Source: a virus (lineage: Duplodnaviria > Caudoviricetes). From it: a stretch of DNA of 53,991 bases. Shown here in pieces: positions 44,572 to 53,018 of the stretch. The number at the start of each line of letters is the position of its first letter. Within the stretch, counting starts at the first letter, position 1. Under the pieces are notes generated by a model. That model was not told the DNA's origin. It did no database searches and saw nothing but the letters and a program-made list of their open reading frames with translations. The stretch is from the IMG/VR virus record IMGVR_UViG_3300045999_000337, positions 1-53,991 of that record; one strand, written 5' to 3'. A program made the position numbers and the translations under genes.

Positions 44572-45559
44572 CGTGCAAAAAAGAGCGCAGGAACTCGACG
44601 AGGCTCGTCGTATCCGTATTGTCAAACCCGACGAGGTTGACTTTGAGAAGTACCTTAAGGCCAACGACGTGGCCCAAAAGGTTAAGGGCGCTGGAGAGTT
44701 CTTGGATGAGATTGAGGCCGAGATTGCCAGCCCTGTGGTGGAGGTTTCTCAGACCATGCCTTGGACAAAGACCCACGCAGGGTTTCAGTTTCGCGCAGGC
44801 GAGGTCACGCTGTACGCTGGCGGTAACGGTGGCGGCAAGTCTATGGTCACAGGCCAGATTGCTATGGGCCTCATTAAGCAGGGCCAGCGCGTGATGATTG
44901 CTTCGTTTGAGATGAAGCCAAAGCGCACGCTGTTTCGTATGCTTCGCCAGTTTGCTGGTGAGAACATCGACTTTCCACGGTATACGGACAAAAACCGTTA
45001 CCTGACAAGCCTCATCACACGCATGAGAACATTTGCTCACGCAAACCTATGGCTGTACGACCAGCAAGGCACGGTGACTGCACAGCAAGTCATTGCAGTG
45101 TCGCGTTACAGCGCTGTCGAGTTGGGTGTTCAACACATCTTCATTGACTCGTTGATGAAGTGCGTGTCTGGTGAAGACGACTACAACGCGCAGAAATCTT
45201 TTGTTGATGAGTTGACATCGTTGGCCCGTGACCACAACGTCCATGTCCACTTGATTCACCACATTCGCAAGTTGGCAAGCGAAGAAGTCAAGCCCAACAA
45301 AAACGACATCAAGGGTTCAGGTTCTATCAGCGACCAAGTGGACAACGTGCTGATGGTTTGGCGTAACAAGAAAAAAGAACACGATGCACAGAATGGTTCT
45401 GTTGACCCAATGATTCCTGATGCCTACCTGATGTGCGAGAAGCAACGCAACGGTGAGGCAGAGGATTGGTACTCGCTTTGGTATCTCAAAGACAGCCAGC
45501 AGTTTGTAGAGAACCACGATTCAATACCAATGTCGTTTGACGATGGAGGCAGGTTTTGA
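44558..45559 (+). CDS. SF4 (DnaB/T7 gp4-like) replicative helicase
   Basis: GGNGGGKS, SFEM, IFIDSL, HLIHH.RK, DIKGSGSISDQVD, KQRNG. Confidence 0.9.
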   Translation: MQTSDVQKRAQELDEARRIRIVKPDEVDFEKYLKANDVAQKVKGAGEFLDEIEAEIASPVVEVSQTMPWTKTHAGFQFRAGEVTLYAGGNGGGKSMVTGQIAMGLIKQGQRVMIASFEMKPKRTLFRMLRQFAGENIDFPRYTDKNRYLTSLITRMRTFAHANLWLYDQQGTVTAQQVIAVSRYSAVELGVQHIFIDSLMKCVSGEDDYNAQKSFVDELTSLARDHNVHVHLIHHIRKLASEEVKPNKNDIKGSGSISDQVDNVLMVWRNKKKEHDAQNGSVDPMIPDAYLMCEKQRNGEAEDWYSLWYLKDSQQFVENHDSIPMSFDDGGRF

Positions 45560-45798
45560 ATGAGGCGCAAGAAGGTCAAGGAGCAGACGAGCATCGTCAC
45601 CGTTGTCTTGTTCGGGAAATCATCAAGATGCGCCTCAAAAATCGCGATAGCGCATACCGTTGGTTCAATGGTTACGTTGATGATATTGGGAAACGTCATA
45701 AGGGGTGGAATGAACTTCACCCCAAGTCCCGCCTTGAGGCGGATGTTAGAGAGCAATGGGCAAAAGGTAACCGAGGTAACGAAGGAGAATGGAAATGA
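45556..45798 (+). CDS. Hypothetical protein
   Basis: TTGA overlap, GGAGG SD; EHRHRCLVR..QW.KGNRG..G.W. Confidence 0.65.
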   Translation: MNEAQEGQGADEHRHRCLVREIIKMRLKNRDSAYRWFNGYVDDIGKRHKGWNELHPKSRLEADVREQWAKGNRGNEGEWK

Positions 45799-46037
45799 AC
45801 TTTGAAAAAAACATACTGTCACAAGCGCAAACATTTTTTACGCAAGACCAATTCAACCAAGCGTTGAACGAGGCCAAGGCTGAAATCATGGCGGTGGCAA
45901 TACAGACAACTAGACAGGCAATCTTCATTGAGCGTCAAGCCTGCGCTGAGATGGCGCGTGATTGGAACTCAAACGACTGTCCCAGAGAAGGTCTTTATGA
46001 GGCCATCCTTAACCGCATACCAGCACAACGCCAATGA
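45795..46037 (+). CDS. Hypothetical protein
   Basis: AAGGAG SD; ERQACAE motif; coupled to neighbours (alternative start 45789). Confidence 0.65.
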   Translation: MNFEKNILSQAQTFFTQDQFNQALNEAKAEIMAVAIQTTRQAIFIERQACAEMARDWNSNDCPREGLYEAILNRIPAQRQ

Positions 46038-46381
46038 TTGAAATTACATTACCTTGGCCTCCAACGGTCAACACCTACTGGCGCAACTTCAACGGTCGCA
46101 CCATCATCAGTGCAAAGGGGCGCGAGTACCGCAAGGCGGTCGCTGACCAAGTGCTGATTCAATGTGCCGCCAAGCACATCGACTACGCGGTGAAGATGGA
46201 GATTAAAGCCTATCGCCCAGACCGTCGTCGTCGCGATTTAGACAACCTGTTGAAGGCGTTGCTCGACTCTATGACTCACGCAGGCGTTATGCATGACGAC
46301 GCGCTGATTGAAGACCTGCGCGTGTATTGGGCAGACGAGGTCGGTGGCATGGTCAAAGTAACCATAGAAGGATTGGAATGA
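46034..46381 (+). CDS. rusA: RusA-like Holliday junction resolvase
   Basis: LPWPPTVNTYWR..PDRRRRDLDNLLKALLD..DD..I. Confidence 0.92.
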   Translation: MIEITLPWPPTVNTYWRNFNGRTIISAKGREYRKAVADQVLIQCAAKHIDYAVKMEIKAYRPDRRRRDLDNLLKALLDSMTHAGVMHDDALIEDLRVYWADEVGGMVKVTIEGLE

Positions 46382-46551
46382 AAACGGAACCAGACTTGAT
46401 TGACATATTTGCAATGCTTGCGTTGATTGGTCTTTTGCAAAAACCATCCAAGGCACTAAAGTCAAAAATAGACATCGCCTACGAGGCATACGAGCAAGCG
46501 CAGGCAATGATTGATGTACGCGAAGACTTTGTGAACAAGAGGGGTGATTGA
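46378..46551 (+). CDS. Hypothetical protein
   Basis: ATG 46378 overlaps the rusA stop; D.FA..AL.GL..AYE.A.AM...R. Confidence 0.65.
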   Translation: MKTEPDLIDIFAMLALIGLLQKPSKALKSKIDIAYEAYEQAQAMIDVREDFVNKRGD

Positions 46552-46670
46552 TGGATGCATTTTTAAATGTGATGACTTGGTTCTTTTTGTTGTCTGGCGT
46601 TTTGTCTTGGGTGGTTGTCATTTGTTTAACGTGTTACTACTGGCTGTGTCAGCCTAAAGGAGAGAGGTAA
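46551..46670 (+). CDS. Single-TM microprotein (39 aa)
   Basis: Read manually: MDAFLNVMTWFFLLSGVLSWVVVICLTCYYWLCQPKGER; GAGGGG SD. Confidence 0.55.
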   Translation: MDAFLNVMTWFFLLSGVLSWVVVICLTCYYWLCQPKGER

Positions 46671-46805
46671 ATGTTCAATACTTTTGGAGAGTTTTTTTGG
46701 GCCTTCATGTCGCTGTCTGGATTTATGTTTTGGATTAGCGTTGTGATTTTTGTTGGTATGGTTATCAGGCGCAATCGCGCAAAAAGAAGGGCTTACTATG
46801 AGTGA
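46671..46805 (+). CDS. Single-TM microprotein (44 aa)
   Basis: Read manually: MFNTFGEFFWAFMSLSGFMFWISVVIFVGMVIRRNRAKRRAYYE; AGGAG SD. Confidence 0.6.
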   Translation: MFNTFGEFFWAFMSLSGFMFWISVVIFVGMVIRRNRAKRRAYYE

Positions 46806-47130
46806 AGACAGAGACCCACACAAGGCGGTTGATTACATCCTAAAGCACGCCGCGCTCTTTGCTAAAGCGAAGGCAGAGCGGACGTACATAGAGCAATATC
46901 GCAAGTCCCTCAAGGGGATACTCATGAAGCGAAGCATGGAGACCGCGATTGGTGCGCAGGAGCGTGAAGCCTACGCTCACCCTGAGATGGTGGAGTTGCT
47001 CATGGGATTGAAGGCCGCTGTCGAAATCGAGGAAAAATTGAAGTGGGACATCACAGCCGCAGAACTCAGGGTAGAAATTTGGCGCACCGAGCAGGCGAAC
47101 AACAGGGCTGAAGGAAAGGTCACGATGTGA
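46798..47130 (+). CDS. Helical hypothetical protein (possibly UvsY-like)
   Basis: AKAKAER..AQEREAYAHP..WRTEQANNR; function is a guess. Confidence 0.6.
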   Translation: MSEDRDPHKAVDYILKHAALFAKAKAERTYIEQYRKSLKGILMKRSMETAIGAQEREAYAHPEMVELLMGLKAAVEIEEKLKWDITAAELRVEIWRTEQANNRAEGKVTM

Positions 47131-47483
47131 ACACCTACCAAGTAACCGTGATGCAGATGACTGGTTGGGTGCTTGTGTTGTTGGATGGGTGGGTAATGCA
47201 CACACACTGGGTTGCCGCGCTTGGCTTTATTCTTTTAATTTATTCAATGTGGAGGATGGTGATGAAAACACCAGAGGATGAGGAGTTTGAGCGCATAGAG
47301 CGTGAGCAAGCAATGGGCTGGCGCAAGCGTCAGATTGTGTCTTTGCAAACCAGCGTCGAGTCTTTTGATGAGTGGGAATATAGCCACCGCCCAGACCAAT
47401 ACGGTGTAGAGCGCCGCGCTTACCTTGCAGGCTACGAGGCAGGCGCACGCAACGAGCGACTTATAAAAGAACTGAATGACTGA
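47127..47483 (+). CDS. Hypothetical membrane protein
   Basis: GTGA overlap; N-terminal hydrophobic segments; may be two genes (internal MKTPEDEEF). Confidence 0.5.
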   Translation: MNTYQVTVMQMTGWVLVLLDGWVMHTHWVAALGFILLIYSMWRMVMKTPEDEEFERIEREQAMGWRKRQIVSLQTSVESFDEWEYSHRPDQYGVERRAYLAGYEAGARNERLIKELND

Positions 47484-47622
47484 AAAACAAAAGACCTGTC
47501 AGGTATGCCGCCTGCGCCCAGCAGAAAAGCAAGTGCGCACCAGTGACGGTCGCGTGATGTGGCGATGCCATACCTGCCACGACCTCAAGAACCGTGCAGG
47601 CTTTACAAAGGGCAAGCAATGA
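47476..47622 (+). CDS. Small zinc-ribbon protein (48 aa)
   Basis: Read manually: CQVC..WRCHTC; ATGA overlap with the next gene. Confidence 0.6.
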   Translation: MTEKQKTCQVCRLRPAEKQVRTSDGRVMWRCHTCHDLKNRAGFTKGKQ

Positions 47623-47909
47623 CTACTCTCAAAGAAAAAAAGCACATGAACGCCGTGGCTGAGTTGGGCTGTGCCGTATGCCGCCGCATGGGGTACGAGG
47701 GTACGCCAGCAGAACTACACCATAAAAGGGCAGGAACAGGGGCTGGAAGGCGCTCCAGCCACATGGACGTCATCCCACTATGCCCAGAGCATCACAGGGG
47801 CAAGACGGGCCTCCACGGGCTTGGCACGAAGGGGTTCCCTAAGCACTGGGGGTTTGATGAGGACGACCTGTTGGCGGATGTAGCTAAATTGCTACAAAAC
47901 AACACTTAG
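47619..47909 (+). CDS. Ref-like/DUF968 HNH-type nuclease
   Basis: VAELGCAVC..PAELHH.R.G.G.G....VIPLCPEHH. Confidence 0.8.
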   Translation: MTTLKEKKHMNAVAELGCAVCRRMGYEGTPAELHHKRAGTGAGRRSSHMDVIPLCPEHHRGKTGLHGLGTKGFPKHWGFDEDDLLADVAKLLQNNT

Positions 47910-48019
47910 GGTAAGTCCCTACAAAATATTTTTAAAAAGTTGTTGACGGCGTTTAATTTGGGGTTAAACTAGCATCACTGACAGCAATCAAGCGGTCAGG
48001 TAACTAACGAAAGCGAATC
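47907..48019 (+). promoter_or_regulatory. Early promoter cassette, copy 1
   Basis: TAGGGTAAGTCCCTA palindrome, AT tract, TTGACG..TAAACT, GTTTAA-N7-TTAAAC, leader hairpin, AGCGAA. Confidence 0.8.
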
Positions 48020-48328
48020 ATGAAATCAAACGACATCCAACTCACTCAAGTCGACGTACTGGGTAACCTCTTGGCTCAAATCAAAGATTTGGAAGTGCAA
48101 GCTGAAGCAATCAAAGACGCCATCAAAGAAGCTGGCGCTGATGGCTTATTGGCAGTTGACGAAAAAGGTGTTCGCCACCTTGATGGCAACCTCTTCCGCG
48201 CTACCTACATCGAATCCAACCGCTCCACATTTGACAGCAAGAAATTCATTGCTAAGTTCGGTGCTGACGTGTACGCCGAGTACACCAAAACATCTGCCTC
48301 GTTCTCTGTCAAAGTTACATCACGTTAA
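48020..48328 (+). CDS. Early hypothetical protein
   Basis: Follows cassette 1; VD.LG.L.AQIKDL pattern. Confidence 0.75.
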   Translation: MKSNDIQLTQVDVLGNLLAQIKDLEVQAEAIKDAIKEAGADGLLAVDEKGVRHLDGNLFRATYIESNRSTFDSKKFIAKFGADVYAEYTKTSASFSVKVTSR

Positions 48329-48381
48329 ACCCACGGGGCTTCGGCCCCATAACCAACCCGAAACCGAAACGAAAGCGAATT

Positions 48382-48663
48382 ATGAAAATCAAACTCACAG
48401 CACACATCCACTTCAGCAAGTACCACTGGGAAGAAGAAGGCCGCTACCAAATTTGGTTTGCCAAACTTGAGGACGACGATTCCCGCACCTACATCGGGGA
48501 GCAGGAGGTTGAGGTTGAGGTTCCCGACAACTACGACCCACGCGCACGGCAAATTGCCGCGTTGGAAAAGCAAAAGCAGAAGGTCATGGCGGACTACCAA
48601 AAGACCGTGAACGAAATCAACGAGCGCATCAGCAAGTTGCAAGCACTGGAGTACACAGCATGA
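48382..48663 (+). CDS. Early hypothetical protein (C-terminal coiled coil)
   Basis: AGCGAA leader; ends INERISKLQALEY. Confidence 0.75.
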   Translation: MKIKLTAHIHFSKYHWEEEGRYQIWFAKLEDDDSRTYIGEQEVEVEVPDNYDPRARQIAALEKQKQKVMADYQKTVNEINERISKLQALEYTA

Positions 48664-48845
48664 AGCACGCGCAAGCAGACTACATCAACGCAGGCTACCG
48701 TTACGAGAAGGCCACCAGCGCCGACAAGGCGCGGGCCGTAGCGGAGGGCATCCGCAAGATGCTTCAGGAAGAACACATCGACGAGCAATCAGACGCACGC
48801 TACTTTGTTGAGCGCGGTCGCAAAGAAGCAAGGGAGACAGCATGA
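48660..48845 (+). CDS. Early hypothetical protein
   Basis: ATGA-coupled to the previous gene. Confidence 0.65.
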   Translation: MKHAQADYINAGYRYEKATSADKARAVAEGIRKMLQEEHIDEQSDARYFVERGRKEARETA

Positions 48846-49156
48846 ACACCGACCACATCATCTCCAACTCGAAGACTCAGCGCATGGAGTGTCAGCACTG
48901 CGGCTTTAGCGAGGCCATCAAGATGCCCGCGCCCCTCGACGCCATCTTGGGCAAGATGGATGCCTTTATGGAGGCCCACAAGGACTGTAAGCGCCCTCAA
49001 AGCGAGGCGGTGATGTCTGAGTACATCAAAGGCTTCGACGCGGGCTATGGCTACGTTTTGAACGAGATTGAGCGATACATCAACGTGTACCCCACTGACG
49101 TGTTTGCGGTGAAGGAGTTGCTGGCCCACCTCAAGATGGAGGGCAAGCCTGAATGA
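48842..49156 (+). CDS. Early hypothetical protein (CxxC..HxxC)
   Basis: ATGA-coupled; CQHCG..HKDC. Confidence 0.7.
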   Translation: MNTDHIISNSKTQRMECQHCGFSEAIKMPAPLDAILGKMDAFMEAHKDCKRPQSEAVMSEYIKGFDAGYGYVLNEIERYINVYPTDVFAVKELLAHLKMEGKPE

Positions 49157-49395
49157 CAGACCTGTTTGGCTATGAGGAGTTTGACTGGCGCAAGGAGTGG
49201 CAGGGTATGCCAGAGTTCTTTCAGGAAGACCTCACGCCCTACCGCGTCCTCAACCTGCGCTTCAGAAACGAAGAGGACGTACAGGAGTTTGCCAAGCTGG
49301 TAGAGCAGGTCATCACGCCAAAGCAAAAGGCGCTATGGTTCCCGTTCGCTGAGTTCCGCAGGGCGTCGCATTTGAGGTACGTCGATGAACCCTAA
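49153..49395 (+). CDS. Small partner of the glycosyltransferase-like gene
   Basis: EWQGMPEF.QED....L..RF..EED..EF..L..Q.IT.K.K..WFP; overlaps the next gene. Confidence 0.7.
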   Translation: MTDLFGYEEFDWRKEWQGMPEFFQEDLTPYRVLNLRFRNEEDVQEFAKLVEQVITPKQKALWFPFAEFRRASHLRYVDEP

Positions 49396-50260
49396 GTACC
49401 CCATCTACATCGTGTCCAAGGGGAGGTGGAAGACGCGCCTAACAAGCAAGGCGCTTGACCGCATCAACGTCCCCTACTACATCGTTGTGGAGGCCCACGA
49501 GCGGGACGAGTACGCCAGTGTGATTGACCCAGCGAAGGTGCTGGTGTTGCCCCCTGAGTTCCTGCGCGACTACGACACCTGCGACGACGTGGGGGAGGCG
49601 CGAGGAAAAGGCCCCGGGGCCGCTCGAAACTTCTGCTGGTTCCACAGCCTCACCCTCAACGCCGAGCGCCACTGGGTCATGGACGACAACATCGCCTCCT
49701 TCAACAGGCTCAACCGCAACCTCATGGTCAAGGTCACCTCTGGCACGATATTCAGGGCCGCAGAGGACTTTGTCGACCGCTACGATAACGTCGCCATCGC
49801 AGGCTTCAACTACGACTTTTTTGCCAAGGCCAAGGAGCCTCTGCCCGCCTTCGTAATGAACACCCGCATCTACTCCTGCCTGCTCATCAAGAACGACCTG
49901 CCCATGCGCTGGCGCGGGCGCTACAACGAGGACACCGACCTGTCCCTGCGGGCGCTCAAGGCTGGCCTATGCACCGTGCAGTTCAACGCATTCCTGCAAG
50001 AGAAGGCCACCACCCAGACAATGGCAGGCGGCAACACTGACGAGTTCTACGCCAAGGAGGGAACCCTGCCCAAGTCGCAGATGCTGGAGCGCCTGCACCC
50101 TGACGTGGCTCAGGTGGTCTGGCGGTTTGGTCGCTGGCATCACCACGTTGACTACACCGTGTTTAAGCACAACACCTTGGTGCGCAAGGCTGGCGTGGTC
50201 ATTCCAAAGGGCATCAACAATTACGGCATGACCTTAAAAGACATTAGGGAAAGTACCTAG
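49385..50260 (+). CDS. GT-A fold glycosyltransferase, TET-associated (TAGT)/GREB1-like
   Basis: YPIYIVSKGR, G.G.ARNFCW, WVMDDNI (DxD-like), RIYSCLLI, RYNEDTDLSLR. Confidence 0.7.
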   Translation: MNPKYPIYIVSKGRWKTRLTSKALDRINVPYYIVVEAHERDEYASVIDPAKVLVLPPEFLRDYDTCDDVGEARGKGPGAARNFCWFHSLTLNAERHWVMDDNIASFNRLNRNLMVKVTSGTIFRAAEDFVDRYDNVAIAGFNYDFFAKAKEPLPAFVMNTRIYSCLLIKNDLPMRWRGRYNEDTDLSLRALKAGLCTVQFNAFLQEKATTQTMAGGNTDEFYAKEGTLPKSQMLERLHPDVAQVVWRFGRWHHHVDYTVFKHNTLVRKAGVVIPKGINNYGMTLKDIREST

Positions 50261-50362
50261 AAAATAATTTGAGAAAGTTGTTGACATCGTTTAACTTGTG
50301 GTTATACTTACAACATCGACACAGCAATACCGCATAGTCGATAACAGCGAAAGAAAAGCGAA
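50245..50362 (+). promoter_or_regulatory. Early promoter cassette, copy 2
   Basis: TAGGGAAAGTACCTA, TTGACA(50281)-16-TATACT(50303), leader hairpin, two AGCGAA boxes. Confidence 0.85.
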
Positions 50363-50632
50363 ATGAAAAAAGCAATCAAACTCAAAGACATCCGCGTAGG
50401 TCAACTCGTGGTTACCAGCGACAGCCCAGAAGCCCAAGTGCGCACCGTGGAAAGTGTTGACGGTTTCCACGTCACCTTGACTTGGTACGAAGGCACAAAC
50501 CAGTGCATTCAAGGCGTGGACTACTCTTTGCTGGGCGTGCCAACAATTGCCCAGATTGAGTACAGCATCAGCAACTATGGTCGTCTGGCAAACATGGAAG
50601 ACGTCAAGGACGTGGCCCTGTTAATCGGCTAA
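50363..50632 (+). CDS. Early hypothetical protein
   Basis: Follows cassette 2. Confidence 0.75.
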   Translation: MKKAIKLKDIRVGQLVVTSDSPEAQVRTVESVDGFHVTLTWYEGTNQCIQGVDYSLLGVPTIAQIEYSISNYGRLANMEDVKDVALLIG

Positions 50633-50679
50633 ATCACAAGGGGGCTTCGGCCCCCGCTCAAAAGCGAAAGGAAAGCAAA

Positions 50680-50919
50680 ATGTCATTCATAGCAGAAATT
50701 GAAACCCGCATTGCAGGCATCCCATGCATCATTGGCGTGGAAGAGTACCAGCGCGGTAGCTACAACAAGTGGTGCGACTCCGACATGGATTACTACGGTT
50801 ACAGCGAGTGGGTGGTGTGTGACCGCCGTGGACGCCCAGCCCCTTGGTTGGAGCGCAAGCTGACCAGCAAGGATTCCAGCCGCATTGAATCTGAGATTGC
50901 CGAGCATCTTGAGGGCTAG
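50680..50919 (+). CDS. Early hypothetical protein
   Basis: GIPCIIGV..DRRGRPAPWLERKLT. Confidence 0.75.
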   Translation: MSFIAEIETRIAGIPCIIGVEEYQRGSYNKWCDSDMDYYGYSEWVVCDRRGRPAPWLERKLTSKDSSRIESEIAEHLEG

Positions 50920-51022
50920 GGAAAGTACCTAGAAATATTTTTAAAATAATTGTTGCATTGTTTAATTTGGGGTTATACTTACATCACTGCAATAAGCAGG
51001 TAACAGCGAATTAGGAGCGAAT
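50917..51022 (+). promoter_or_regulatory. Early promoter cassette, copy 3
   Basis: TAGGGAAAGTACCTA, TTGTTGCAT, GTTTAATTTGGGGTTATACT, leader hairpin, two AGCGAA boxes. Confidence 0.85.
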
Positions 51023-51901
51023 ATGAACACAGCATCAAACCCCTTCAGCGACATGGCTGACGACTTGGACTTCGGCGCACCAGCTAAGTCTTCTGCCAAC
51101 GAAGTGACTTACTTCGAGCAGGCTTGCCCCAAGTGCAACGGCACTGGTCGCTTCACCTTCGGTTACATCCACGTTCGCTCAGGCGAATGCTTTGCTTGCA
51201 AGGGCAAAGGCAAGATGTCTTTCAAGACCAGCCCAGCTACACGCGCTAAGGCCAAGGCCAACGCACAACGCCGTGCTGTTGCTAAGGTTGACGCACAAGC
51301 CGCCAAGGCCCAAGAGTGGAAAGATGCTAACCCAGCCGAGGCCGCATGGATGGAGTCCAGCGCACCACGTTTTGAGTTTGCCAAGTCTATGTTGGACGCC
51401 CTCAACAAATACGGTCACCTCACAGAGCGCCAGATGTCTACCGTTCAGCGCTTGACCGTGCAGGATGCAGAGCGCCAAGCCGCTCGTGCTACAGAGCAGG
51501 CCGCACGCGCTGAGTCAGCACCAGTGGTTACCGTCGAGGCCATCGAGGTGGCATTCAATACCGCCAAGCAAGCTGGCGTGAAGCGCCCTAAGTTGCGCCT
51601 TGACACATTTGTGTTTAGCCCTGCTGGTGAGAACAGCAACAATGCTGGCGCTATCTACATTAAAAACAAAGAAGACGGCCTGTACTTGGGTAAGGTCATG
51701 GGTGGTCGCCTGTTCACATCACGCGACTGCACCGTAGAGGCCGCAGAACGCATCGTAGCGGTCTCCAGCGACCCTAAGCAGGCCGCTGTAGCCTACGGCA
51801 TGAAATTCGGCGCTTGCTCTGTCTGCGGTCGTCAATTGACTGACAGCGATAGCGTTGCCCGTGGCATTGGCCCCATCTGCGCAGAGAATTACGGCTTCTA
51901 A
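51023..51901 (+). CDS. Zinc-finger protein (N-terminal CxxCxGxG, C-terminal DUF6011-like)
   Basis: CPKCNGTG..CFACKGKG; CSVCGRQLTD..SVARGIGPICAE. Confidence 0.8.
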   Translation: MNTASNPFSDMADDLDFGAPAKSSANEVTYFEQACPKCNGTGRFTFGYIHVRSGECFACKGKGKMSFKTSPATRAKAKANAQRRAVAKVDAQAAKAQEWKDANPAEAAWMESSAPRFEFAKSMLDALNKYGHLTERQMSTVQRLTVQDAERQAARATEQAARAESAPVVTVEAIEVAFNTAKQAGVKRPKLRLDTFVFSPAGENSNNAGAIYIKNKEDGLYLGKVMGGRLFTSRDCTVEAAERIVAVSSDPKQAAVAYGMKFGACSVCGRQLTDSDSVARGIGPICAENYGF

Positions 51902-52015
51902 GGGTAAGCCCTAACAAAAATATTTTTACAAGGGGGTTGACTGCCCCCTTGTTTAATCTACAATTACACCACCAACAGCAATAATGCAGTTGGGTAACAG
52001 TGAAAGAAAAGCGAA
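51899..52015 (+). promoter_or_regulatory. Early promoter cassette, copy 4 (divergent)
   Basis: TAAGGGTAAGCCCTAA, TTGACT(51937)-16-TACAAT(51959), leader hairpin, AGCGAA. Confidence 0.75.
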
Positions 52016-52639
52016 ATGACAAACTCAACAATTCAAATCCGTGGTAACTGCCAGTGCTGTGGTCACCAACAAGCCGTCGTGAGCGGCACAATGTCTAAGC
52101 ACGGTTACACCGTCGAGCATGGTTGGTTCAGCGGTGTTTGCTCTGGTCGCAACTACGCCCCCATGCAAGTGAGCCGTGAGCATACAGACAAAATCGTTGC
52201 TGAAATTCGCGCTGAAGTTCCTCAGTTGATTGCACAGGCCGACAAGGTCAAAGCAGGCGAAATCACTCCAACAACAATCAAGATTCGCAAGGGTAGCCAA
52301 AAGCTGGAATTGGCATACGCTGACGCAACTCCTTGGCAACAAAGCCAAGCCCGTGACTCGATGGAGTGGAACCTCCGCAACCGCGCACGCGCTGGTGAGC
52401 AGTTTGCTGACAGCATGGAAGCACTTGCCACCAAAATCCACGGCACTGCATTGATTGAAGTCGCCAAGAAAGAAGCCCCAGCATTCATCATGAACGGCGA
52501 CAAGAAGACCGACAAGGGCATGATTTACACCTGCACATCAGTACAGGGCGCTCGTGTGTACTACAAACTCCAGAAGGGTGAGCAAGTCTTCAAGGGCTGG
52601 ATTGGTAGCCAAGCATGGAGAAAGATGGAGTCGGTTTAA
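52016..52639 (+). CDS. Early hypothetical protein with a Cys/His zinc site
   Basis: GNCQCCG..SKHGY..GWFSGVC.G. Confidence 0.75.
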   Translation: MTNSTIQIRGNCQCCGHQQAVVSGTMSKHGYTVEHGWFSGVCSGRNYAPMQVSREHTDKIVAEIRAEVPQLIAQADKVKAGEITPTTIKIRKGSQKLELAYADATPWQQSQARDSMEWNLRNRARAGEQFADSMEALATKIHGTALIEVAKKEAPAFIMNGDKKTDKGMIYTCTSVQGARVYYKLQKGEQVFKGWIGSQAWRKMESV

Positions 52640-52663
52640 GGGGAAGGGGGCCACGGCCCCCAT

Positions 52664-52781
52664 TAGGGAAAGTCCCTAGAAATATTTTTAAAATAGTTGT
52701 TGCATCGTTTAATTTGGGGTTATACTTGCACCACTGACACAGCAAATCCGCATAGTCAGGTAACACAGAAGGAACAGCGAA
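52664..52781 (+). promoter_or_regulatory. Early promoter cassette, copy 5
   Basis: TAGGGAAAGTCCCTA, TTGTTGCAT, GTTTAATTTGGGGTTATACT, leader hairpin, AGCGAA. Confidence 0.85.
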
Positions 52782-53018
52782 ATGAAATACACAAAACTCA
52801 CAGCCAAGCAACACATGGTGATGATTGACTTCTTGGCTACTGCTAAGAAAAACTCACTCAACCACTTAGCCGCTTGCGTGCCATCCAGCCACCCCTTGTT
52901 CAGAACCAATCAGGTTCGCCAAATCAGAGTGGCTACAGACGCAATTGCTTGGGGCTTCGATGAACTCGGAAACCGAGTGCGCTTGACTCCTGACTTGCGT
53001 GTACTTCAGGACTGCTAA
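52782..53018 (+). CDS. Early hypothetical protein
   Basis: Follows cassette 5. Confidence 0.7.
   Translation: MKYTKLTAKQHMVMIDFLATAKKNSLNHLAACVPSSHPLFRTNQVRQIRVATDAIAWGFDELGNRVRLTPDLRVLQDC

Noticed and set aside
47907-52781. Repeats considered as a CRISPR array or integron attC sites
   Set aside because: Spacers are whole genes of 0.6-2.3 kb, the repeats carry promoter boxes, and no cas or integrase gene is present
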